Source of the DNA: a virus
UHGV virus genome: UHGV-0124463
Length of the DNA stretch: 44,748 nucleotides
Reading direction: 5' to 3' (one strand)
Positions 9,718 to 18,784 of the stretch are shown one piece after another. The first letter of the stretch is position 1. Each line of letters opens with the position of its first letter. Under the pieces are notes generated by a model. It had not been told where the DNA came from and ran no database searches. It saw only the letters and a program-made list of their open reading frames with translations. The translations under genes were made by a program, and so were the position numbers.

Positions 9718-11573
9718 TGGTATCGGTGAAGACTGCGCGAAGACTGCGCATGCTCAACCAGAAACTTACTGGTTATAGTGCGAATCCGCGCAGTATTCCC
9801 AAAGAGGAGCGCGAGGACATCGCGATGATGATGGCCGCCGCGTTAAGTGACTTCCGGGAATTCGCGTACATCGGTATGCGATTCCTGGGTTTTACGCTGA
9901 CGGACATGCAGGCCGACATTGCAGAGTACATGCAGAAGGGCCCTAGGAAGCGCATGGTGGCTGCGCAGCGTGGTGAGGCTAAGTCTACACTAGCTGCGCT
10001 CTACGCCGTCTGGAGGCTCATACAGGACCAATCCTGCCGCATCCTGATTGTGTCCGGTGCAGAGAAGCAGGCGTCCGACGTTGCGAACCTTATCATCCGT
10101 ATGCTGGAAACCTGGCCGCTGCTGTGCTACTTGAAGGCTGACCCTACTCGTGGGGACCGTACTTCATTCGAAGGCTATGATGTCAACTGCGACCTGAAAC
10201 CGCTGGACAAATCCGCCAGCGTAGCCTGTGTAGGTATCACTGCATCCCTGCAGGGGAAGCGCGCGGACCTGCTGATTCCAGATGATATCGAGACCACCAA
10301 GAACGGTTTAACGCAAACCCAGCGTGAGCAGCTGCTGATGATTTCTAAAGACTTCGCAGCTATCTGTACGCACGGGGATACGCTGTACCTGGGCACACCG
10401 CAGACCAAGGACAGTATCTATAAAACCCTGCCGGGACGTGGCTTCGAGGTCCGCGTATGGCCCGGGCGCATTCCGTCTGTTGAAATGGAAGAGCGATATG
10501 GAAGTACACTTGCTCCTTATATCCTGGAGCTTATTGAGCGCGGCTATAAACGCACCGGCTTCGGCGTCGACGGGACGCTAGGCGAGAGCACGGACACCGG
10601 GCGCTATGACGAGGATGCGCTGATTGAGAAGGAGCTGGACTTTGGTCCAGAAGGCTTCCAGCTGCAGTACATGCTCGACACTACTCTGTCCGACCAGATG
10701 CGTACGCGCATCAAGCTTTCTGATATGCTGGTTTACTCCGGCAGCCAGGATTCCTCCCCGGAGACATTCTCCTACATTGCGGACCGCAGGTACCTGTACC
10801 AGCACGAGCATGAGGGGATTATGGGTCAGCAGATGTACTTCCCGGCATTCTACGGGGACATGCACCTGCCGTACCAGCATAAGGTACTGGTGGTGGACCC
10901 GGCTGGTTGTGGTGGGGACGAAGTGTCCTACGCTGCTGGAGGTGCTGCGAACTCGTACATTCACCTATTCTCCGTAGGCGGATTCCAAGGAGGTATCAGC
11001 GAAGAGAACATTGATAAACTGATTGACCTGTGTGTAGAGTTGGACATCCCGGATATGGTGGTGGAGAGCAATATGGGGCACGGTACCGTGTCTATGCTTA
11101 TCCTGAACCGATTACGTGAGCGGCGTCTCGCCGGTATCGGTGTAAGGGACCTGAATAACTCCACGCAGAAAGAGCGTCGTATCATCGACACAATCAGCCC
11201 AGTTACTCGTCGCCATCGCCTGGTAGTGCATGAGCGTGCTATTCACGACGATATCAGTACCTGTATGGCATATTCCCGCGATAGGCGTTGGCTGTACTCT
11301 GCGTTCGCGCAGTTGTCTGGTATCACGTACGACCGCGGTAGCCTTGCGAAGGATGACCGGGCAGACGCAATCGCCATGATGGTGGCTACGCTGAATGGGC
11401 ATCTGGTGGAAGATGAGAAAGTGGTGGCTGAGCGTGAGTCTGAGAAGATGGCTCGGGCCTTCATTGAGAACCCACTGGATTGGGCACAGAGCAAAGTGTC
11501 TAAGGGCCTTCGTGGTGTAGCTGCTCGGCTACATAACCGGGGCAGAGGTAAACAACATAGAGGAAGAAGATAA
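9717..11573 (+). CDS. terminase large subunit (DNA maturase B)
   Basis: 618 aa; Walker-A-like AAQRGEAKST, ATPase and nuclease acidic motifs; T7 gp19-like size and position. Confidence 0.8.
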   Translation: MVSVKTARRLRMLNQKLTGYSANPRSIPKEEREDIAMMMAAALSDFREFAYIGMRFLGFTLTDMQADIAEYMQKGPRKRMVAAQRGEAKSTLAALYAVWRLIQDQSCRILIVSGAEKQASDVANLIIRMLETWPLLCYLKADPTRGDRTSFEGYDVNCDLKPLDKSASVACVGITASLQGKRADLLIPDDIETTKNGLTQTQREQLLMISKDFAAICTHGDTLYLGTPQTKDSIYKTLPGRGFEVRVWPGRIPSVEMEERYGSTLAPYILELIERGYKRTGFGVDGTLGESTDTGRYDEDALIEKELDFGPEGFQLQYMLDTTLSDQMRTRIKLSDMLVYSGSQDSSPETFSYIADRRYLYQHEHEGIMGQQMYFPAFYGDMHLPYQHKVLVVDPAGCGGDEVSYAAGGAANSYIHLFSVGGFQGGISEENIDKLIDLCVELDIPDMVVESNMGHGTVSMLILNRLRERRLAGIGVRDLNNSTQKERRIIDTISPVTRRHRLVVHERAIHDDISTCMAYSRDRRWLYSAFAQLSGITYDRGSLAKDDRADAIAMMVATLNGHLVEDEKVVAERESEKMARAFIENPLDWAQSKVSKGLRGVAARLHNRGRGKQHRGRR

Positions 11574-11947
11574 TGGCATCAATCATCGCAGCTAAAACTG
11601 CGGACGTCCAGTACTCCATTGTAGGCACGTGCCAGAACCTGGAGAAGCAGGTGCAGCCGGACTACAACGTAGGCTTCGTAGGTACGACTGCCCTGACTAA
11701 GCTGAACGCGTTCTTCACGTACATGCAGTCCCAGGGCTATACGGCTACCCGTGCCGGTACAGCCTTTAAGGATGACGGTACGCTGCAGGCGCGCCTGTTC
11801 AGCATGCTGTCACAGCTCTCTAAGACCGGCTACGTTGCCCTTACAGGTACAGGTATGCCGCTCGGTGAGGGCTCCGGTACAGCGTTTGATGATTCGTTCA
11901 CTGCACTGCAGAGTGCATTCGTAGCCGCCACTGATGCGGCAGAATAA
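11573..11947 (+). CDS. hypothetical protein
   Basis: 124-aa ORF, start overlaps terminase stop (ATGA-type junction). Confidence 0.4.
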   Translation: MASIIAAKTADVQYSIVGTCQNLEKQVQPDYNVGFVGTTALTKLNAFFTYMQSQGYTATRAGTAFKDDGTLQARLFSMLSQLSKTGYVALTGTGMPLGEGSGTAFDDSFTALQSAFVAATDAAE

Positions 11948-11958
11948 GGAGAGTACAC

Positions 11959-12141
11959 ATGGCAATTGCAAAAGCAACCTCAGCGCAACAGCAGGAGCTG
12001 TTGCGTCAGCTGAACATTCTCGGTAAGGACCTGTATGCTATCCTTACGCAGCCGCAGAACGTGGCCCAGACTGGTGCTGCCTTCGATACCAAGATTGCTG
12101 CGCTTGAAGCCGCGGTGGCCGCAGTGAAGGCTGCTAGCTAA
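11959..12141 (+). CDS. hypothetical small protein
   Basis: 60-aa ORF with RBS GGAGAG upstream, Ala/Gln-rich helical-looking. Confidence 0.35.
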   Translation: MAIAKATSAQQQELLRQLNILGKDLYAILTQPQNVAQTGAAFDTKIAALEAAVAAVKAAS

Positions 12142-12545
12142 TGCGTAAACTGGTCGCTGGGTTGCTGCTCGCGGTTACTCTGACTGGTTGCTCGGCGACC
12201 TCTGCACTCACCGGCTTAGTTGGTTCTAAGCCGGATGTATCTGCTCAGGTTGGTGCCGAGAACACCAAACAAACCGTTGGCTTGAATAACAAGGTGGACT
12301 CCAGCACCACCAACAAAACTGATGTACAGGATTCTAACGTAGGCACTTTGGACACGTCCAGTAAGAAGCAGGTGCAAACTATTAGCACCGGGACAATCCA
12401 GGCAGAACGCCTGCAGGTGGTTAACAATGATAGTTACAGTCTTATCCTCGCCGGATTAGCTGGGGCCAGTATTCCTCTGGTCTTCCTAGTGGTCATTCTG
12501 GTGATTCGTAAGCTGTTCAGGAAGAAGGGGCAGCAGGATGATTAA
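12141..12545 (+). CDS. spanin-like lipoprotein with C-terminal transmembrane anchor (unimolecular spanin candidate)
   Basis: N-terminal signal plus lipobox LTGC, Ser/Thr-rich periplasmic region, C-terminal hydrophobic helix followed by RKLFRKK. Confidence 0.5.
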   Translation: MRKLVAGLLLAVTLTGCSATSALTGLVGSKPDVSAQVGAENTKQTVGLNNKVDSSTTNKTDVQDSNVGTLDTSSKKQVQTISTGTIQAERLQVVNNDSYSLILAGLAGASIPLVFLVVILVIRKLFRKKGQQDD

Positions 12546-12789
12546 GGTGGGAGACATGGTTGGAGCAGACCTCGCTACCCGGGCAGGTGCAGCAGTTACC
12601 GGCGCTACGGTATCAGGAGGTTGGTTGGCAGAGTTAATGAGCTGGAACTGGAGCACTATCAGCTTCATCACTGCGACTGTGTGCGCAGTGCTAACCCTGG
12701 CGTGGAATGCGTATTACAAGCGACGTACATTCAAGCTCCTAGAAGAGCAGGCGCGTAAGGGGACTATTAAATATGAGTTTAAGGACTAA
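12538..12789 (+). CDS. holin (pinholin-like) candidate
   Basis: 83 aa, weakly hydrophobic Gly/Ala-rich first segment and strongly hydrophobic second helix, charged C-terminus; sits immediately upstream of the SAR endolysin. Confidence 0.45.
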   Translation: MIKVGDMVGADLATRAGAAVTGATVSGGWLAELMSWNWSTISFITATVCAVLTLAWNAYYKRRTFKLLEEQARKGTIKYEFKD

Positions 12790-13381
12790 GGTTATTGCGG
12801 CCCTCACGGGGGCCACTATGCTGGGTGGTGCTATTACCGGGGTGGTTCAGCACAACGAGGGATTGAGCCTTACCGCCTATAAGGATAGTGCCGGTGTCCC
12901 TACAATCTGCTACGGGGAGACAAAGGGCGTCAAGATGGGCCAGAGAGCCACGCTGAGCGATTGTCAGAAGCAACTGATAGAATCAGCAGGGGCACATGCA
13001 AAGGCTCTTGACGGGCTTCCTATGCAGCTCTCTGACGTAGCTCTGGTTGGGTCTGTAGACTTCATTTATAACGTAGGCGTAGCTGGCTTCAACGGCAGTG
13101 CTGTGAAGCGGCACCTCAAAAGCCTGAATTACGCAGAAGCTGGAAAGGCCGTACTGGACTGGCGCTATATTAGCAAGTATCAGCAGAAATCCCCGGGCAT
13201 CGGTTGGGTGTACAAGGGCAGCAACCGCTGGACCTTCGACTGCTCTCAGTATATTAACGGGCAGCGCAATAAAGTGTGCTGGGGCCTATGGGAGCGCAGA
13301 CAGTGGCAGAGCAAGGCCATTGGGAATCAGTATAAGAATGTAAATGCTGCAGTGGCAGCTCTTACTAAGACCGGAGGATAA
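12773..13381 (+). CDS. SAR endolysin, T4-lysozyme-type muramidase
   Basis: N-terminal signal-anchor-release-like segment VIAALTGATMLGGAITGVV; catalytic E-8aa-D-5aa-T in NEGLSLTAYKDSAGVPT. Confidence 0.75.
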   Translation: MSLRTKVIAALTGATMLGGAITGVVQHNEGLSLTAYKDSAGVPTICYGETKGVKMGQRATLSDCQKQLIESAGAHAKALDGLPMQLSDVALVGSVDFIYNVGVAGFNGSAVKRHLKSLNYAEAGKAVLDWRYISKYQQKSPGIGWVYKGSNRWTFDCSQYINGQRNKVCWGLWERRQWQSKAIGNQYKNVNAAVAALTKTGG

Positions 13382-15337
13382 ATGGCGTTAATTAGATTAG
13401 TAGCTCCAGAGCGGGTATTCTCCGACTTGGCGAGCATGGTAGCATATCCAAACTTTCAGGTACAGGACAAGATTATCCTGCTGGGCAGCGCCGGTGGGGA
13501 CTTCACCTTTACTACTGCCGCGTCGGTAGTGGATAACGGAACTGTGTTTGCTGTACCTGGTGGGTATCTACTCCGTAAATTCGTGGGTCCGGCATACAGC
13601 TCCTGGTTCAGCAATTGGGCGGGCATAGTAACGTTCATGAGCGCACCTAATAGGCACCTGGTTGTGGACACAGTCCTGCAGGCCACGAGTGTGCTCAACA
13701 TCAAAAGCAACTCTACGCTGGAGTTTACTGATACCGGAAGAATCCTGCCGGATGCCTCGGTTGCACGTCAAGTGCTTAACATTATCGGCTCGGCACCCTC
13801 GGCATTCGTCCCGTTAGCGGCGGATGCCACAGCGGGCAGCAAAGTCATTACGGTGGCTGCCGGGGCTTTGTCTGCGGTAAAAGGTACGTACTTGTATCTT
13901 CGCTCTAACAAGCTGTGTGATGGTGGTCCTAACACCTACGGTGTAAAGATTTCCCAGATTAGGAAAGTGGTGGGGGTTAGCACCTCCGGTGGCGTCACCA
14001 GTATTCGGCTGGATAAAGCGCTGCACTATAACTACTACCTGTCTGATGCCGCGGAAGTAGGTATCCCGACAATGGTGGAGAACGTAACCTTAGTATCCCC
14101 GTACATCAACGAGTTCGGCTACGACGATTTGAACCGGTTCTTTACTATCGGTATCTCTGCCAACTTTGCCGCGGACTTGCACATCCAGGACGGGGTTATT
14201 ATTGGCAACAAACGCCCCGGGGCTTCTGATATAGAAGGGCGTAGTGCTATCAAGTTCAATAACTGCGTAGATAGTACCGTTAAGGGTACGTGCTTCTACA
14301 ACATCGGATGGTACGGGGTAGAGGTGCTCGGCTGCTCAGAGGACACGGAAGTACACGATATCCACGCCATGGACGTACGCCACGCAATCTCTCTGAACTG
14401 GCAGAGCACTGCAGACGGGGACAAGTGGGGAGAGCCTATCGAGTTCTTAGGCGTTAACTGCGAAGCCTACAGCACAACCCATGCCGGGTTTGATACTCAC
14501 GACATTGGTAAGCGTGTGAAGTTCGTTCGCTGCGTTTCATACGACAGTGCTGACGATGGGTTCCAAGCGCGCACTAACGGGGTAGAGTACTTGAACTGTC
14601 GAGCTTACCGCGCAGCATTTGATGGGTTCGCCTCCAACACCGGTGTAGGCTTCCCTATCTATAGAGAGTGCTTAGCTTATGACAACGTACGCTCTGGCTT
14701 TAACTGTTCGTACGGTGGTGGCTACGTTTATGACTGTGAGGCTCACGGTAGCCAGAACGGTGTCCGCACCAACGGAGGTTGTGTTAAAGGCGGTCGGTAC
14801 ACTCGCAACTCCAGCTCTCACATCTTCGTCACTAAGGATGTAGCTGAGACGGCGCAGACGTCCCTGGAGATTGATGGCGTGAGCATGCGCTACGACGGTA
14901 CCGGAAGAGCTGTGTACTTCCACGGGACTATGGGCATTAACCCTACCATGGTATCTATGTCCAATAATGACATGACCGGTCACGGCTTGTCCTGGGCATT
15001 ACTGAGTGGCTACACTGTTCAACCTACGCCTCCGCGCATGTCCAGGAACTTACTGGATGACACAGGTATCCGTGGAGTGGCAACGCTGGTTGCTGGCGAG
15101 GCTACAGTCAACGCCCGTGTACGCGGAAACTTTGGCAGCGTAGCTAACTCCTTCAAGTGGGTGTCTGAGGTTAAGTTGACGCGGTTAACCTTTCCTTCTA
15201 GTGCTGGGGCCTTGACGGTTACTGGCGTAGCACAGAACCAGGATGTACCTACACCTAATCCGGACCTAAACAGCTTCGTGATTAGGAGTAGTAACGCAGC
15301 GGATGTATCCCAGGTAGCCTGGGAGGTGTATCTCTAA
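13382..15337 (+). CDS. tailspike / polysaccharide depolymerase candidate
   Basis: 651 aa, rich in Gly/Asn/Thr/Val with periodic beta-strand-like repeats and scattered Cys; placed after the lysis cassette. Confidence 0.45.
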   Translation: MALIRLVAPERVFSDLASMVAYPNFQVQDKIILLGSAGGDFTFTTAASVVDNGTVFAVPGGYLLRKFVGPAYSSWFSNWAGIVTFMSAPNRHLVVDTVLQATSVLNIKSNSTLEFTDTGRILPDASVARQVLNIIGSAPSAFVPLAADATAGSKVITVAAGALSAVKGTYLYLRSNKLCDGGPNTYGVKISQIRKVVGVSTSGGVTSIRLDKALHYNYYLSDAAEVGIPTMVENVTLVSPYINEFGYDDLNRFFTIGISANFAADLHIQDGVIIGNKRPGASDIEGRSAIKFNNCVDSTVKGTCFYNIGWYGVEVLGCSEDTEVHDIHAMDVRHAISLNWQSTADGDKWGEPIEFLGVNCEAYSTTHAGFDTHDIGKRVKFVRCVSYDSADDGFQARTNGVEYLNCRAYRAAFDGFASNTGVGFPIYRECLAYDNVRSGFNCSYGGGYVYDCEAHGSQNGVRTNGGCVKGGRYTRNSSSHIFVTKDVAETAQTSLEIDGVSMRYDGTGRAVYFHGTMGINPTMVSMSNNDMTGHGLSWALLSGYTVQPTPPRMSRNLLDDTGIRGVATLVAGEATVNARVRGNFGSVANSFKWVSEVKLTRLTFPSSAGALTVTGVAQNQDVPTPNPDLNSFVIRSSNAADVSQVAWEVYL

Positions 15338-15433
15338 GTAGCTCCCTGGGGTATCTCTATGGTATCCCGGGGCACTACTTGGGGTGCACGTCTATACCTG
15401 GACCTGAAATTTATTAGACTTTAAAATGAGGAT

Positions 15434-15895
15434 ATGTCTATGAACATCAAATATGACACAACATCCCCTAGCTGCTTGGTGTGGCTCAAGGGTAGGCGCG
15501 CCGGTGCTCCAGCGGGTACCCGCAACACTCGTGGCTACTGGGTGGTACAGGTATCTGGTAGAAAGATACAGGCACACCGCCTCATCTGGGAACTACACAA
15601 CGGGCCTATTCCAGACGGATATGTGGTGGACCACATCAACCAAAACCCCAGTGACAACCGCCTAGAGAACCTGCGCTTGGCTACTCTCAGTGAGAATAAC
15701 TGCAATGCTCGCAGGGCTGAGCGCGAACACCCTAGAGGCGTATACTACACTGGCACTTGCTGGCGCGGGGAGTTCTGGAAGGACGGTAAGCGTTATATGA
15801 AGAAGCACAGCTCCTACGAGGTTATCTGCAAGTGGGTACAAGAGAAACGTCAAGAGCAACACAAGGCCTTCACCCCGGGGCAGGTGTATATCTGA
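15434..15895 (+). CDS. HNH homing endonuclease with AP2-like DNA-binding domain
   Basis: Motif VVDHINQNPSDNRLENLRLATLSEN followed by GVYYTGTCWRGEFWKDGKRY. Confidence 0.75.
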   Translation: MSMNIKYDTTSPSCLVWLKGRRAGAPAGTRNTRGYWVVQVSGRKIQAHRLIWELHNGPIPDGYVVDHINQNPSDNRLENLRLATLSENNCNARRAEREHPRGVYYTGTCWRGEFWKDGKRYMKKHSSYEVICKWVQEKRQEQHKAFTPGQVYI

Positions 15896-16425
15896 AACCA
15901 AAAATTATTATACTCGCCCTTGGGCCTCCCTCACCCTCAGCGCGAGCAATTGCCCCCATAGGGGGTGCCTAGCGCATAAACAGAGGGGGTGGGGCCACCT
16001 AGGGCGCACTAGTAGGCACCAGCGGGCCTCAGCGGGCCTGTGCTGCGTTCTAGTGCTATCGCTAGTGCTACCCTATGGCTATCCCTGTGCGTTCACTAGG
16101 GCGCTTCCTGTGCGCTCTCTGTGGGCCATAGGGGTGCGCTCTGCCTTACCTATTTTGTGCGCCTCAGTGTGGCACCTAGGGGCGTGTCCATTGCTTATTT
16201 TGCGCGTCCATAGTGGGCCCGCCTAGTGCGCTGTAGTGCGTCACGGTGCTATCCCTAGTATGCACTAGGCGATCCACTGGCTATCCCTAGTGCTTTACAT
16301 TGTGCCGATTATATGCTACGCTGCGCGCTCCCCCCTAGGGCGCACATCCTCACCCAACACTATCCCGGCGCTATCTCTTTGCTATCCTTTTGCTCTTACT
16401 TTCATTCGAAAGCTGTCATGAAATG
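15896..16425. repeat. repeat-rich non-coding region (short direct repeats and recurring 10-mer CTAGGGCGCA); probable genome-terminus region
   Basis: No credible ORF; CTAGGGCGCA at 15999 and 16335 (9/10 at 16096; also 17330), tandem cagcgggcct x2, repeated ctagtgcta and ctatccct. Confidence 0.5.
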
Positions 16426-16442
16426 ATGTTACAGGAGTAGGA
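16426..16442 (+). promoter_or_regulatory. copy of 17-bp motif ATGTTACAGGAGTAGGA (candidate phage RNAP promoter)
   Basis: Exact match to copies at 4834..4851 and 37985..38002; in non-coding DNA. Confidence 0.4.
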
Positions 16443-16633
16443 GGGTTTTAGGGCACTATATACACACTACTTACTACTACTCACTAGTAGTCACTAGTAT
16501 CCCCTAGTAATGCCCTGTATGACTGACCGTAGGGAGGGAAGCATTACCTAGAATCTTGTAACCTCCGCTCCTATCCCTCCGGGATATCGTCGCTATGGTT
16601 ACGCTACTAATCACTATGTAAGGAGATATTGTT

Positions 16634-17020
16634 GTGGCTAGAACATTTAAGATTGTGGTTGATAAGGAAGGTTATCCAGTGATTAATGGTGCTGGGCCTG
16701 AGTATGTGAATAAGCGAGGTAAGAGAGACTATAAGACTGTGGCGCTGCATAGGGCCGTGGTTATGGATGCTCTGGGAATCACTAGCTACGGTTCTGGCTA
16801 TCACGTACATCACTGTGACAGTAACCGCCTTAACTGTGACTTCAATAACCTGATACTGGTTAGCGCTGACACTCACCGGGCCATACACTTAGCACAGATT
16901 CAGGAAGGGAGATGCTTCACAAAGGATGAGTTATTGGCTAGTCCTGAGTACGATACTAACTGGCGAGAGTTCTACGTGACTTATGGGGACTACAATAGTT
17001 TACTGCACGCAGACCTTTAG
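16634..17020 (+). CDS. HNH endonuclease
   Basis: GTG start after RBS TAAGGAGA; motif HVHHCDSNRLNCDFNNLILVSADTHRAIH. Confidence 0.6.
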   Translation: MARTFKIVVDKEGYPVINGAGPEYVNKRGKRDYKTVALHRAVVMDALGITSYGSGYHVHHCDSNRLNCDFNNLILVSADTHRAIHLAQIQEGRCFTKDELLASPEYDTNWREFYVTYGDYNSLLHADL

Positions 17021-17070
17021 GGGTCTGCTTACTCTTTTTGCTCCCAGTGATAAAAAGTTTAAAAAAGTAC

Positions 17071-17100
17071 TTGCTTCTTTTGGTTCAATAGGGCTATAGT
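17071..17100 (+). promoter_or_regulatory. sigma70-like promoter candidate (TTGCTT-N18-TATAGT) with A-rich upstream element
   Basis: Read directly; preceded by gataaaaagtttaaaaaag. Confidence 0.35.
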
Positions 17101-17202
17101 TCAATCACCGGGAGGCACTGAGGCGCTAACCGGGGCAGAGTCGGGAGATTCAGCCGGATTAAAGCTAGATAGTGTGAAGGGTTAGACACTCAATAAAAAG
17201 AG

Positions 17203-17231
17203 TTGACACCGCGAAGAACATAAGCTAGATT
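17203..17231 (+). promoter_or_regulatory. sigma70-like promoter candidate (TTGACA-N17-TAGATT)
   Basis: Consensus -35 hexamer and 17-bp spacer read directly. Confidence 0.45.
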
Positions 17232-17271
17232 GAATCCCGAAGTAAGCAGTAAGGCAGTAAGAAATAAACGC

Positions 17272-17300
17272 TTGACAAGTTCTGATTCACTGAGTAACTT
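17272..17300 (+). promoter_or_regulatory. sigma70-like promoter candidate (TTGACA-N17-TAACTT)
   Basis: Consensus -35 hexamer and 17-bp spacer read directly. Confidence 0.4.
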
Positions 17301-17650
17301 AGATAGCGAACAAGGCAAGGATAACCACTCTAGGGCGCAAGGATGTGTGTCCCGTCGGATTAGGCTAGACGTTAAAAATGACCTCTTAAAGGTTTAGTAG
17401 TAAGCTGGTTTGCGGGGAGGCCCAGTACCTTGACTGGTACGTTGACGACCCACCCCTAGACAATCAGTTAAAGAGTAAACGTGCCGGACGTTATCACCGG
17501 GGTTCTGAGGCAAACCATACTGCCGAGGCGAGAGCAGCTCGCTCCTCTGAATCGAGGGAACAAGGCGCGGAGTGTATCCCGCAAAGAGCATATAACATAG
17601 CGCAGCAGTAACAAGGTTGCGCTAGATTATGTTCTCTGAGAGGTAAGAGT

Positions 17651-17848
17651 ATGCGCAAATCAAAGCGTTTAGCATTACGGCGGAATATGCAATTATCACT
17701 GAATCCCACCGACGACGTGCCGCTTACTGTGAAGCCTAGCAAACAAGGGTTGAGCAGTGAGCACAGGGTGAGGGGAAAGCAAAAACAAAAGGGCAGTAGC
17801 AGGCAGCCATCTGGATGGCCTACTGTTAACTCCCAATTTGGTCGATAA
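17651..17848 (+). CDS. small basic hypothetical protein (first early ORF)
   Basis: 65 aa, Lys/Arg-rich, strong RBS GAGAGGTAAGAG before ATG. Confidence 0.4.
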   Translation: MRKSKRLALRRNMQLSLNPTDDVPLTVKPSKQGLSSEHRVRGKQKQKGSSRQPSGWPTVNSQFGR

Positions 17849-17919
17849 TTACAGCCTATAGCATCCTACGGGGTGCTATGTGAAGTAATTACCTAAACAA
17901 CCAATCAAAGAGGTGCATT

Positions 17920-18519
17920 ATGACCCATTCAACTGGTAAAGTATTCAAGCTCACCGCTGCGGGCAGCATTCGTAAAGCGCTGGGCGACGTAGTGGAAGCA
18001 AAGCGCAACATCACTATTAGCGCGCTCTTCCACGGCCTGATTAGCAGCAACGTTTCCTGGGCTATGGATATGCAGCGCAGCGATGCCGCGGACTTTGATA
18101 TGGTGCTGCGTACGCTGCTGCCAATCAAGTTCAACAAAGAGTCCGGCAAGTACGAATTCAACGCTAAGAAGTGCTATGCGTCGGCTGAAAAGCTGGGTAT
18201 CGAACTGGACAGTATGCGTCTGGATTACAAGCAAGCTGACAAGCAAGGCCGCGAAGTAATCGTAGCCAGCTTCTATAGCTCCTGTATGGCCCTGTACGCT
18301 GCCGAAGCGGAGCGGGTGAAGAATGACGCGCTGGATGCCGATGCAGTGCGCTTGCAAGCGCTGGGGCGCGTTAAAAACGCCATCAAGAAGGCTAAAGAGA
18401 CTGGTGTAAGCGATGCTGACCTCGTGTCTATGCTGGTATCGCAAGGCGTGGACGTACGCGCTGTACTGGACGCCGTGAATCTTGGCATTATCACCGATTG
18501 GAGACAACTCTATGGTTAA
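17920..18519 (+). CDS. hypothetical early protein
   Basis: 199-aa ORF with balanced composition, RBS-like AAAGAGG upstream. Confidence 0.5.
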   Translation: MTHSTGKVFKLTAAGSIRKALGDVVEAKRNITISALFHGLISSNVSWAMDMQRSDAADFDMVLRTLLPIKFNKESGKYEFNAKKCYASAEKLGIELDSMRLDYKQADKQGREVIVASFYSSCMALYAAEAERVKNDALDADAVRLQALGRVKNAIKKAKETGVSDADLVSMLVSQGVDVRAVLDAVNLGIITDWRQLYG

Positions 18520-18775
18520 CGTATTCAACATCATTGTGACCAGCGCTATGCTGGTGCTGGGCAACGACATAAACAACCCAATCCCATACTGCACTGTGCA
18601 GTTGCAGCAACCGGCAACGCAGGAGCCGCAGCCGCGCCCTGAGTATGACCTCTTTGAAGACCCCGAGGGTGGTTGCAAAGAGCTGGGCGCACGTATCCTT
18701 GCGGCGGTGCAGGGGCAGTACCCGGACGCTGCGGTAACGCTCACGGTGGATGGTAAGAGCAATAACGAAATTTGA
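18512..18775 (+). CDS. hypothetical early protein (acidic, N-terminal hydrophobic segment)
   Basis: ATG at 18512 overlapping upstream stop; track ORF 18482..18775. Confidence 0.4.
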   Translation: MVNVFNIIVTSAMLVLGNDINNPIPYCTVQLQQPATQEPQPRPEYDLFEDPEGGCKELGARILAAVQGQYPDAAVTLTVDGKSNNEI

Positions 18776-18784
18776 GGTGGGGGC

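Noticed and set aside
10624-10977. 117-aa + strand ORF in an alternative frame inside the large terminase gene
   Set aside because: Fully embedded in a confident gene; Cys/Arg/Thr-rich low-complexity translation
15896-16425. Possible CRISPR array suggested by many short repeats
   Set aside because: Repeats are short (7-10 bp), of several different types and irregularly spaced; no repeat-spacer periodicity and no cas genes
16470-16510. T7-promoter-like string CTCACTAGTAG with three CTAGTA copies
   Set aside because: Resembles part of the T7 consensus but occurs only here and is not found upstream of any late gene; the thrice-repeated motif at 4834, 16426 and 37985 is a better promoter candidate
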